Origin: Geosiphon pyriformis uo1
Taxonomy: Eukaryota; Fungi; Glomeromycota
Length of the DNA stretch: 64,000 nucleotides
Assembly (NCBI GenBank): GCA_016748015.1
Contig: JAAOMT010000664.1
Coordinates: forward strand, 132,715-196,714
Direction: 5' to 3'
Each line of letters begins with the position of its first letter. The stretch's first letter is position 1. This document shows positions 12,018 through 24,299 of the stretch, piece by piece. The translations under genes were made by a program, and so were the position numbers. Under the pieces are notes generated by a model, which worked only from the letters and a program-made list of their open reading frames with translations, was not told the origin of the DNA and did not search any database.

Positions 12018-14123
12018 ATATGTCAACATAATATTACAAACCATCTATAGATAAAATGAATATTATTTGCTCCAATCAGAACAATTAGAACAAATAAACA
12101 TAGAAAACTTAAACTCACTTCAATGTATACAATTCAAAATATTACTTAACAACTTTATTGACATCTTTGCAAGTGAAAATAAATTTGGTAAAACTGACAT
12201 AATCTAGCACCAGATCAAAACTAGAGATACAATACCAATTAAACAGAAAACATACTAGATACTACCAGCCAGCCATAAAATCATTTATTAAAAAATCAAT
12301 TAAATGCTAGATAATGGGCTAATTTAGTCATTAATGAGTCCATAGTTATTACCAGTGATACTAGTCCATAAAAAAAATGGAAAAATCCACTTTTGTGTGA
12401 ATTATAAAACACTCAATAATATAACTTGTGGAAACAGTTATTCAACTCTATAAATTCAGGAATTATTTGACACTTTCAGAAGAAAAAAATGGTTTCTAAT
12501 ATTAGATCTAGATAGTGGTTACTGGCAAATAGTTATAAATTCAGAAAATAAGGAGAAGACAGTATTTACCATAAGAGAAGGGAATTTTGAATTTAAAGTA
12601 ATACTATTTGGCTTAACCAATGCACCAGCCACATTTCAATGGCTAATAAAAATTGTTTATACCAGACTATTATGAAAATCAGTAGTTGTGTATTTAGATG
12701 ACACCAATGTGTTCTTAAAAATATTTGATGATCATTTGCATTATCTTCAGCAAGTATTCAAAAGACTGAGAAGAGCAGAATTGAAACTAAATACAACCAA
12801 GTGTTTCTTTGACAAGACAAAACTCAAGTTTTTGAAACATGTTGTAAGTAAAGAGGTCATTAAAACAGATTCAGATAAAATTGAAGTAGTAAAGTTTTTT
12901 CCAGTATCCACCAACCTGACTGAACTACAAGCATTCTTGGAATTTACAGGATACTATTATCACTTTATCAAAGATTTTTTCAAACTAACTTAACCATTAC
13001 ACCAGTTTTAAGCAAAGAATACCACAGGCTCAGAGCTGCTTTTAGACTTTATGACCTATTTCACACCTGTAAAAACGTACTACAAAACCCAATTTTTCAA
13101 TCTTTGAAGTATGAATAAAAGAAAAACCAGCAAGAAGCTTTCAACATATTAAGAAAAAAGCTTATTCAAGCTCTAGTACTGATTTATTTAGATCACATCA
13201 ACTCATTCATTATCACCACTAATGCATCAGGTCAAACATTGAGAGCAGTATTATTGCAGAGAGGACTAGATGGAAGAGAATATTCAATAGCATATGCCAA
13301 TTGAAGTTTAAGTCCAGCAGAAAAGAACTATAGAACATTAGTACTAGAACACTTAGCCATCTATTGGGTTGTTATGAAATGGAAGGAATACTTAAGCCAG
13401 AAATTTGAAGTGCATACTAATCACAAAAGATTAACTTCAACCCAGAAGCAAAAATTTGGAGACAATCAACATATGAGATAGAAAATAGCACTTTTACCAT
13501 ATATTTTTACAGTACACTATAAAAAGAGAAAAGAAAACAGAAATGTTGACGGTTTGTCATGAATAAAACAAATTTGAACACTTTAACCCAAAAACATAAC
13601 AAAATTTAAACAGTTAAAAACAAAAATATAACAAAAGATAAATACACAAAAATATTAACAACTTCAGGATTATATAAATACTCAACAGTTCAAGAAAAAA
13701 CTATCTCAAAAGGAACAAAATAACATAAAACAACAATCAAAATATTTTATCAATCATTAAAATATACTTTACTAAAAGAACAAAAGAAATCCAAATTAAC
13801 CAACTAAAGTAATTACAAAGCCAGAAAAAGAGACAATATTGTTCAATATGCACTCAAATCCAACAGCAGAATATTTTCATAAAGAAGCAATCATGGAAAA
13901 AACCAGGTAAAAATACTATTGGCCATCAATATATTTAGACATCATCCAATATGTTCAAAATTGTGATGCTTGTTAGAGAAAAAAAAGAACTAGACCCAGT
14001 AAACTATTAAAATCAATCAAAGTAGAACAACTATTTGATCATATTGGGATTGATTTAGTCAAACTATTAACTATAACCAGCAGAAGAAACAGATATATTG
14101 CAGTAATTATGGATTATCTTACT

Positions 14124-14675
14124 ATCAACCAACAAACTATTTGATACAGAGATACCAGAAAAATACACCAATACAAAGTACAAAAGAAACCAGAAAACAC
14201 CATTGACAAAATAATTCTAAAAGTAAAATTGGCAATAAAAGAGCCAACAAGTGTTATCCTATATCAAGAATTGATCAAAGAAACTTGGAAGTGGTGAACA
14301 CAAAAATTTTCAAAGAACTTTTGTTATTTCTACTTGGAACAATACCTGAATATCCAAAACTTATATATGGATAAGACAAAGTAATTATTTGATTCAAGAA
14401 TATTACAACGACTTGAGCAATTTGTGGGAAAGAACAATTTAACCACATAAGCCTGAGCCATCTATTGATTACAAGTCGGATTTCAAGACTAACCAGAAAT
14501 TTTACTTAATTTAACAATGGACACTATTACTGTTAATTAAATGGAAAAAATAACCAATACCCAATTTGAAGAATTACAGAACAAAATAACACAAATAATT
14601 TTCAAAAAAGAAGTTCAAGAAATACTCAAAGAGAGAGAATTAAAATTAGAAGATCTTGATAGAGCTCAATATTAA
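14124..14675 (+). pseudogene. A2 3' accessory ORF (ORF3), unknown function
   Basis: One continuous frame ...LEQFVGKNNLTT...DTITVN.MEKITNTQFEEL...DLDRAQY*; internal stops are all TGA/TAA, consistent with CGA/CAA decay; homologous to 35212-35870 and 27315-27663. Confidence 0.75.
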
Positions 14676-14688
14676 AAGAAAAAAATAA

Positions 14689-15441
14689 TGTTACTTATAG
14701 AATATAAGAAGTATATTAGCATATAAATTAACCAATCAGAAGTAGCCATAGTAAATGTGAAATTCCAAAATTTCTCTTAAAAAATTGCAGAATTCTTGGT
14801 GTAAAGAATTAAGAAATTGAAAAATCTCAATTATGTATATATAGCAGTAGCATTAAAAGTAAAAAAAGACAGACCTCTTAGTTTAAATTTAATCTAAGCA
14901 ACTTTCTACATTACAAATATTAATAAATAATTATTCACTATTTCAAATCTACTCTTCACTATCAATTCTTTATGTTGATAGTAATCAATACTTGACCACA
15001 CTAAAACAATAGCTCTTGATCATGGCTATTGATAGAATACTAACTTGCAATCATCTTGGCTTATTTTTTTTATTTTTTCTTTATATCTTTTATTTTTATT
15101 TTTTTATTTTGTTGTGGTTACTAATTGATTAAAAATTAAGTGCTGAATTATTGATATTAAGGATAACCTGATAAAAGACCTAAAAAAAAGATAATATTAA
15201 ATATATATTAACAGATAGCTTATCAGAAGAACATGAATGCCAGAATAAACTGGCCACCAAGCTGAAGAAAAAAATTGAAAAAACAACTTACCAACAATGG
15301 TAACATTATTATCGAATCTCTGTTCATTATACAAAGAACTTAACCAAAATCTTCAAATATTAGCAACCATCAGTAAATCAATTGAGCACCAAGTTACAAA
15401 TTTGTTATTTGCTTTGAGATCTCAAATAATTATCTGTAACA
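14689..15441 (+). repeat. A2 3' LTR
   Basis: TGTTACTTATAG start after an A/G tract; ends TCTGTAACA. Confidence 0.88.
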
Positions 15442-15656
15442 CTGGCCATTATGTTGAGAAAAAAATTTGACAAAATTGTGATTCTAGAAAGCTATGGATA
15501 AAACAACCATTGAATCTCTGTTTATTATACAAAAGACTCAACCAAAATCTTCAAACACCATAAAACCTTTAGATATTACCAACACCACTTCAGTTATTGA
15601 GCACCAAGTTACGGATTTGTTATTTGTTTCCAGACTCCAAATAATCATCTGTAATA
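15442..15656 (+). repeat. 3' remnant of another family A LTR (host of A2)
   Basis: Repeats the last ~200 nt of LTR A, ending TCTGTAATA. Confidence 0.75.
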
Positions 15657-16033
15657 ACATTCAAAAATTTACCAAAATTTGCCAAAATAATAGATAATTT
15701 ACTAAAATAGTTAATAATCATCAAAATAACTTGTAATTTGTCAAAGAATAAAATTTAAGTTTATAAAATAGTATTATAACAAGTTGTATAAAAGAAAAGT
15801 TTCACTTTTTAAGAAAATATATCTTATCTTATTCAGAATTATTTTTATTTATATTAATTAGCTTTACAAAAAGTAATAAAAATTAAATATATGAAAACTA
15901 AATTTCTTAACTATTTATACTTAAAATTTTCCAAAAATTTAACCAATATTTTGAAATTAATTAGTTACCAATTTCAGTAATCTATTAGTAACTCCAGATC
16001 TGAACAGAAAATAATTCTCTTAACAAAATTCTA

Positions 16034-16066
<33 letters not shown>

Positions 16067-18625
16067 TTATTATAACCATTAAGGTAGTTTACAGATAAAA
16101 TTCCTGTAAAAAAGTTGACTTTTACAACAAAGTAACTACATATTTTAGTAAGCTTTTAGACAAGCAATTCCTGGAAAAGAGTTAATGTTTACTACAACAT
16201 AACTATACTAAACAACTAATATAGAATTGGTTATTCCATTTATAAGTCTAACAATTCAAATTATAAAAGATAATTTAAAGATAAATTCAGTTATTAGAGA
16301 TTTACTAGCTTCCAGAAAATGTGAATTAACAGCAAACAAATATTAATAACATTTAAGAAAAGAGACCAAAAATTTCTAGTAACATTTGGTGCTCTTTCTA
16401 TAAAAATAACACAACAATAACAACTTTAAAGTAACAATTACACTAGACACAACAACTTTAGAGTATTATAAATCAATCTACACCTATTGCAAACAAAAAT
16501 TTAATATTCCAGATGAAATTGAAGTTTTTAAAAAATTACTATACCAATATATTAAAAATTGCATCAACAATTATTTTTTTGGAAACTATAATATCTCAGA
16601 AGTTAAAAAAAGCCTCTATAAAAATTTAATACACTATTTTTGCTTAGGAACTGAAAACCTTAACAGTGAAACACTTTACATCTACTTTAAAAAACTTAAC
16701 TTTAATATTATTTAATATTGTAAAAAAAAATACCCAGTATAATCCAAATACTCTTTCGACTTTAAATTAAAACCCAAAAATAGCAACAAAAAAAAGCATA
16801 AAAAAAAACATCACAAATTAACTATACTGTATATAACATACCAAAAATAACTGCCAAATACCTACAAATATCTAAACAAGAAACCAGCATTAAATTACTA
16901 CTCTTAATTACACTATTTTCAATTTTACTTGCTCAATTACAAACATCTAATTTATTATTAATTTATTTTTCAAGACTAAAAAATTTCACATCACCAAAAA
17001 GCCCAATACAATAATCTAAACAAATACTTACTAATACTAATCTTTTCGATTTTTTAGCAGAAAACCAAAGCAATTACTTTGATAACAATAAAAATGTTTT
17101 TGAATTTATAAAAGAAAAAACTACTGAAAACAAAGATACAAAAGACATAGCAACCACTTACATTACAAAAATTATTGAATTTACTAAAGAAAATACTGAT
17201 ACCAGCCCACAAAAATAGTTTGACAAAGTTCAGAAAGCAAGAAATATAAATAAATAGAATGGAGCAAAAATGCTAAAAGCAATTCCATACTTCTTTTAAG
17301 AAACAATAAAAAAATGGTTTGAAAATCTGATTGAACTTTTTAAAAACTGGCAAGCATTCAAAGATGCTTTTTAAAACAATTTACCAACAACAATATCTCT
17401 ATTACTCTCCAAAATTGTTTTTATAATATTAAATAAAATTTTTTTGAAACTGTTATAACTTATATTGGAAGATTCAACAAACTTCTCTAATGAATTTAAC
17501 AATTAAAAATTAATGATTACTATTTCAATGCTCAGATTTTGGATCAGTTTATTGCAAGATTAAAAAACAAACTTATTAAGAAAGCTTAACCACATGCTGC
17601 TAACTACTGTCATTTAACATGCTAAGACCTATAAAATGGCAATAGAAGAAATTAATCACACCAAACTTGTGAATTTTACAATTGGAGAAACCAGTTCAGC
17701 AGTTAAAAAGAAAATTGATTAATTAACTAAGAAAGTTGAGAATTACTTTACCAACCAAAAATAACAGCAATAATAACAAAAATATTAATCACTCTAATAA
17801 CACAATCAAGATAATTACATATTATTACTAAACAACCAATTTCAAAGCTGTCACTATTGTAAAATTTCTGAACACTGAAAATAAAATTGCCAAAAAATAC
17901 AACAAGATTAACAACAAAGAAATAATTAATATTATTCTCAACCTCCACAATCTTATTACCAATCTTTACTACCAGCTTATTATTTATTGAGACCCCAATA
18001 CCAAAATAATTACTACCAATCTGCTCCACAATCTATTCAACAATAGTATTAACAACTATTTGCTCAGCAATATCAAATATCTGTTCGAAAATTGATTCAA
18101 CAAAACCAATTTGTATTACAAAATTGGGTTTTTAATAGTAATTAATTCAATTCTAAAAACCAGTTAATTTCTTAAAATCTGGCTTAGCAAAAATTTATAT
18201 ATTACTATACTTAATCTAATTACTTTACAATATCAAAAAAATTGGATTTTTAACAAACTGTACTTTCTAAAAGTAAAGCTGTAGCACTAAAATCAAACTC
18301 TTTCAACAATATTATTTTATCAGTCCAAATTACCCAAAATGCTAATTTCTCAGATATATTTTCATTCGAATTCAAGGCCAATAAATTACTATTTCTACTT
18401 AATTATACAGCAGTCAACAAACAAAAAGTGATTACAGTAATATATATTAAAGCTAAAGTTAAAAGAAAACCAATTTAATTAATTTTAAACAATGGATCTA
18501 TAGATAGTATTATTACTTATCAACTAATATAATAGCTTTAACAAACTGTTAACAGATCTGTTCAAACAATTATTGTTATTGCAGATAATATGAAAAAGAT
18601 CTTGGTAGAAGAAATTGACAATATT
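15657..18625 (+). mobile_element. Family C LTR element copy C1 (LTR 15657-16384, PBS, decayed gag-PR)
   Basis: LTR ends CTAGTAACA followed by TTTGGTGCTCT; gag and PR remnants related to family A; inverted homolog at 18626-22876. Confidence 0.8.
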
Positions 18626-19240
18626 TGTTGTAATAATAACTGTTTGAGTAAATTTGTTAATGTTTTATTATAATTGTTATATTAACTAATAAGTAATAAT
18701 GCTTCTAATAAATCCATTGGCTAAAATTAACCAAATTGGTTTTTTTTTAACTTCAACTTCTGTATATATAACTGTGATTGCTTTTTGTTTTGTAATAGCT
18801 GTATTATTAAGCAATAATGGTAATTTGTTTGCTTTAAATTTAAATAAAAATATATTAAAAAAATTAGCATTGGACAATTCTGGCTGGTAAAATTGTATTA
18901 TTAAAAGAGTTTTGTTTTGAGACTGTAGCTTTATTTTTATAAAGTACAATTTGCTGAAAATCTGATTTTTTTAGTATTGTAAAATAGTTAAGTTGTATAT
19001 GAAAGTAATTGGATTTTTGCTAAACTGAATTTTGAGAAATTAACTGGTTGTTGAGATTGGATCAGTTGTTGTTTGTTGCAAATTGGTTTTAAGGTGCAAA
19101 TTAATTGAGTTGAATTAATTTTCAAGCAAATACTTAATATTGTTGTATAAACAGTAATTGATATTGTTGTTGTATTAGTTATAAAGCAAGTTGATAATAG
19201 TTGGTTTAATATTAAAATCTGAATAGATAGTATAATGGTA

Positions 19241-19846
19241 CAAAAGGTGTCCAAAAGTTTTCAAACAAGATTTTATTTAACAATAATATTAATTTTTTTA
19301 TAAAATAAAACAAAATAAACAACATATTTAAAATTTTATAGTAATTTTCTAAATTTTTCTATTAATTGTTACTAAATATTTAAGTCAGCAATATTTTTGG
19401 TAAGTAAATAAATATAAACATTCTGAATAAGATCTTGAAGCAATTGAACCAGTTTTTTTAAATCAATTTATTGTATTCAAAACTGTTGTCAAGCTGCAAT
19501 TGATTATATTGACAATATTATAATATTTTTTGCCATGCTATTGTAATAAGCATATAGTATTATATTAAGTAATCATTAATTTTTTTTTGTTCTTATTTTG
19601 TTTTAATAAAAATGATAAAAAAATCTTATATGGCATGTTATATTTCATTTTTATAAAAAAATGAGTATGAATAAAATTAATTATGCATATTACAAAAAAA
19701 TATTATACATATGTGTTTAAAAAATAAAAAATGCATAATTAAATAATTAATTAACTTAATTTAATAATAAATTCATGCTTTTCTAATTATTTAAGCATGT
19801 GAAACATTACTCCAAAGTTTGTTCAGAAACTTTTAAACATTCTTTG
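19241..19846. mobile_element. Tc1/mariner-type MITE (606 bp) inserted in C2
   Basis: Imperfect TIRs CAAAAGGTGTCCAAAAGTTTTCAAACAA / CAAAGAATGTTTAAAAGTTTCTGAACAA, TA on both sides; absent from the homologous site in C1. Confidence 0.8.
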
Positions 19847-21281
19847 TAGTAAAAATTAATAGTAAGATGATTATAGTTGAGAATAACATTGATTATTCCT
19901 GTTTTGTTGGTCTTTTTATATCTTTTTATAATCTTGTTTTTAGTGTTCTGAAATTCTAAAATAATAGCAGTTTTAAGATTAATTGTTAAATAATAATAAA
20001 GAGAAATTGTTCTGATTTTGTCATTATAGTGGCTAGTATTTTTGTTGTTACTGCTGTTGTTGTTAATTTGTAAAATAGTTTTCTATTTTTTTAGTAAGTT
20101 AATTAATTTTTTTTAGCTGCTGAGCTGGTTTTTCTAATTGCAAAGTTTACAAGTTTTGTACAGTTGGCTTTTTTTATAGCTATTTTATAGTTTTTTGCAT
20201 ATTAAATAGCTATAGCTAAGTCTGTTAAGACATGAAAACAAGCTTTTTTGATTAGTTTATCTTTTAATTCAGTAATAAATTAGTCCAAAATTTAAGCATT
20301 AAAGTAATACTTATTGGTTTCTAATTATTGAATTTTGTTAAAAAAGTTTGTTGAACTTCTCAAAATAGGTTATAATAGATTTAAAAAGTTTTTGTTTAAT
20401 ATTCCAAAATTGGTTTTGGAAAGTGATAAAAGTGATGTTATTAGTAAACAGTTCTAAAAAAACATCTTTAAATGCTTGTCAAATTTTAAATAATGTATTT
20501 AAGTTTTCAAGCTATTTATCTGCAGTTTTTTGAAAAAAATAAGTAATTTTTTTTAATATTCTTGCTGTATTCTATTTATTTACATTTTTTGCTTTCTGGA
20601 TTTTGTTAAGCCATTTTTGTAGACTGGTGTTTGTATTTTTTTTAGTTAATTTAATAATTTTTGCAATATAGATAGTTATTATTTTTTCTGTATTTTTGTT
20701 TTCAGTAGTTTTTTTTTCTGTAAATTTAAAAATATTTTTATTGTTATTAAAATAATTGCTTTGGTTTTCTGCTAAAAAATTAAGAAAGTTAATACTAGTA
20801 GATATTAATTCTGGTTGTTAAATAGAGTTTTTTGGTAAAATAAAATCTTTTGGTCTTGAAAACTAAATAAAAAATAAATTGGATGTTTGTGGTTAAGAAA
20901 GTAAAATTAGAAATAGTGTAATAGAGAGTAGTAATTTAACATTGGTTTTTTGTTCAAATATTTGCAAGTATTTGACAATTGTTTTTAATGTGTTATGAAT
21001 TGTTTTTGGGTTTTGTTGTTGTTTTTATTTTTTTTTATTGTTATTTTAAATTTTAATTCTATGTCTAAAGAAAATTTAGATTGTACTAAATATTTTATTT
21101 TACAATATTAAATAATATTAAAGTTAAGTTCTTGAAAGTAAGTATTAAGTGTTTTACTATTAAAGTTTTTTGTTTTTAAGTAAAAATAATATAGTAAATT
21201 TATATAAAAGTTGTTTTTGATTTTTGAAATATTATAATTTCCAAAAAAAAAATTGTTGATATGTTTTTAATATATTAGTAT

Positions 21282-21947
21282 TGTTATGATTGAAACCTAC
21301 ACTTCTTATTAATTATCACATGTATTAGCTACTGATGTTATATAAATTAGCCACTCTATTTTTAGAAAGTAATCATTAACCTGATCATTGACCTGACCAT
21401 TAACCTAGTCATTAACCTGATTATTGACCATTTTTGATAGCTATATAAGCAATAAATCTCTTAGCTATAGAAAAGTATATAAGAATTAAAGAAATAAAGA
21501 AATAAAATAACAACTTTCATCTTAATCATTCTTTTATCACTAATTTTTTTTTTCTTATCTTCAAGTATCCAAACATCTTGGAATAAAAAACTACTTGTTG
21601 GTTATTCCTTACTCTTTTTCTGAAACATATAATTGTAATATTTGAAAATTATTGAATAAAACGTAACTAAAAAGTACATCTGATATCTAATATTGAATTT
21701 TAAGAGTGTTAATATGAGGCATAGAATTATACCAGTATGTGATCATTTGTTGACAGTATAAACTATCTCTGTACTTTCAGATTCTCTGGTTATTCTTGAA
21801 AAGTATATTTTATGAGACTGATCTTACACATTAAATTCATACTTATTCAATTCACTCTTTGAAGTTGAATTTCTTTTGATTCCTTTTATCACCCTACAAT
21901 TCTGTTATCTTTTGCTATCCATTAGCTTGTTACACCAATCTGTAACA
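21282..21947 (+). repeat. Family B solo LTR inserted in C2
   Basis: TGTTATG...TGTAACA; flanks GTAT/ATAT (decayed 4-bp TSD); 12-mer array. Confidence 0.85.
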
Positions 21948-24299
21948 ATATAATAATTTTTTGAAAACTTTATTTTTATCATGAATGTTGAATCTTTGCT
22001 TACAGTGAATGTAAATTAACTGATAATACTTTAAAGTTATTGTGTTAAGTGTGATTGCTATTTTGAAGTTGTTATTATTGTGTTAATTTATAAGAGAACA
22101 CCAAATGTTACTAGAGGTTTTTGGTCTTTTTTTTGAATGTTGTTAATGTTTGTTTGCTGTTAATTTACATTTTATAGAAGCAGTTAAACTTCTAATAACT
22201 GAATTTATTTTCAAATTATTTTTTATAATTTAAATTATTGGACTTATAAATAGAATGACCAATTCTATGCCAATTATTATATGTAGTTACTTTGTAGTAA
22301 AAGTCAATTCTTTTCTAAAAATTGCTTATCTGGAAACTTACTAAAATGTGTAATTATTTTGCTGTAAAAGTCAACTTTTCTACAAAAATTTTGTCTGTAA
22401 GCTACTCTAATAATTATAAATAAAAAATAAAAAAAATAAAAAAATTGAGAAAAAATGGAATTTTGTCAAAAGAATTGTTTTCTGATCCAAACCTAAAGTC
22501 ATCAACAGATTACTAAAATTGATAATTAATTGATTTCAAAATATTAGTTAAATTTTGAAAAATATCAAGTATAATATTTTAAAAATTGGTTTTTCAAAGT
22601 ATTTTTATTGTTTTAATTATACTAATAGAGTTAATTCTAAAGTAAAATTGTTATTCTCTTGGAAAATATATTTTCTCAAAGAAAGAAGCTCTTTTTTTAT
22701 AAAACTTGTTGTAATACTAGTTTATAAACTTGAATTTTTTTCTTTGCTATAATTTAAGTGAATTAAAGATATATTTCAACGAATTTATAAGTTATTTTAA
22801 CAAATTTTTAATTATTTTGGTGTATTTATTATTTTAGCAAATTTTTTACAAATTTTGACAAATTTTGAATATTACATAGTTTGGGATATTGTATAATTTA
22901 ATTATCCTAATTTTTATTGTACAAATTGAGTTATTAATTAAATAGTAATATTTGATAATTTGATTAAATAATAAGTAATAATTAAAACAATATTAATATA
23001 TTAATTAATAATAGGAATTATAAGAGTAATTTTATGCTAATTAATGGCTAAAGTTTATTAATAACAATATAACAAAAACAATGAAAAAAATGAAAATTAC
23101 AAACAATATTTACTCTGTAGCTTAACAATTATTTCAACTTATTAAACATTAAAAATTAAACATAGAAATTACATTCAATCAACAAATAATACAATATAAA
23201 AACACTAGAAATAAACAAAAACTTCAATATAAAATACAACATAAAATACATATAAAAACTAAAAACATAATCAAAAATATAATAGCAAAAGTCAAAATAT
23301 TATTAAAAACACCAAACACAATAGCATTATTCAAAGAGTTAATAAAAAAAAAATTGAAAATAATAAACACAACAATTTTCTAAAAACTTTTGCTATTACT
23401 ATTTCAGTTAGGAAGCTTTCCCGATTTGTTAATAGAAATTATTCTTTTTATAATAGTAAAAAAAATTAGAAAAGTTTTTGGAAATGATTGTAAAACACTA
23501 AACAAAATTTCTAAAATATTACAACATGCAATTACTTTTCTTCTTTATAAGCTGCCATTACCATCAGAATACAATAACAGAACTATTATATCTGGCTTGT
23601 TGTTTACAAATATTATGAGAGTTTTAATAATAGTTGACATATAATACAGTACTGCTGCTCTTGGTGCTTTGAAGACTAGTAATGCTTTAGAGACTGATAG
23701 TGCTTTAGAGGCTGTTGCTGTGAATATTAATAAAGTTACTTTGGATTAAACTTTGGCTAATAAGATTACTTTTTCTCCATATTGGGAGAAGAAATTAACA
23801 GACTTACAAGCAAGAATAATGGCCCAATAGAATCCTCTGAAAACAAGTTTGTTAATGAAATATTGCTCAAGTAAATCAACTAGGAATGAAGTTCAAATTT
23901 ACATTTTCTTAGAAAAAGAAATGTGATCAGTAATAAAACTCAGAGCATAAAAATTCCAATATATACCCAATAAATACATTTTCATACCAACTTTGGTATC
24001 CGTGATTAAAAAAGGGCTCCATACTAGCAATCATATTCATTATTTGACCAATATTTAGTATTAGCAAGCAAAAGTTTGACTGATAGTTTTAAAGATGTAT
24101 TAAAAATCAACTTTTTTTGGGCAAATAAATCCATGTTAAATGCTTTTCATAATCCAAACATAATCATGCAGAATGGAGATTCAGACCTAGACTTAATATA
24201 TCATGTTTTAAAAATGCCAATTATAAATAGTAATATACTCAACTCAACATAAACAAAACTGTACACAATACAATATATTTCTAACTTCTTGAAGGATAT

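Larger units (their letters stand above)
7465..15441 (+). mobile_element. Family A copy A2 (degenerate; 5' LTR displaced by A1; ~1 kb IN/ORF3 deletion at ~14120)
   Basis: Begins with a decayed PBS remainder (ATGCTCTCTATAAGATATAATC), then gag, PR, dUTPase (11094-11753), RT (12688-12993), RH, IN start, ORF3, purine tract and 3' LTR. Confidence 0.9.
18626..22876 (-). mobile_element. Family C copy C2 (LTR 22106-22876, PBS, decayed gag-PR)
   Basis: LTR TGTAATATTC...CTAGTAACA, PBS at ~22093-22103, PR remnant ORF 18686-18949 (KAITVIYTEVEV..LILANG). Confidence 0.8.
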
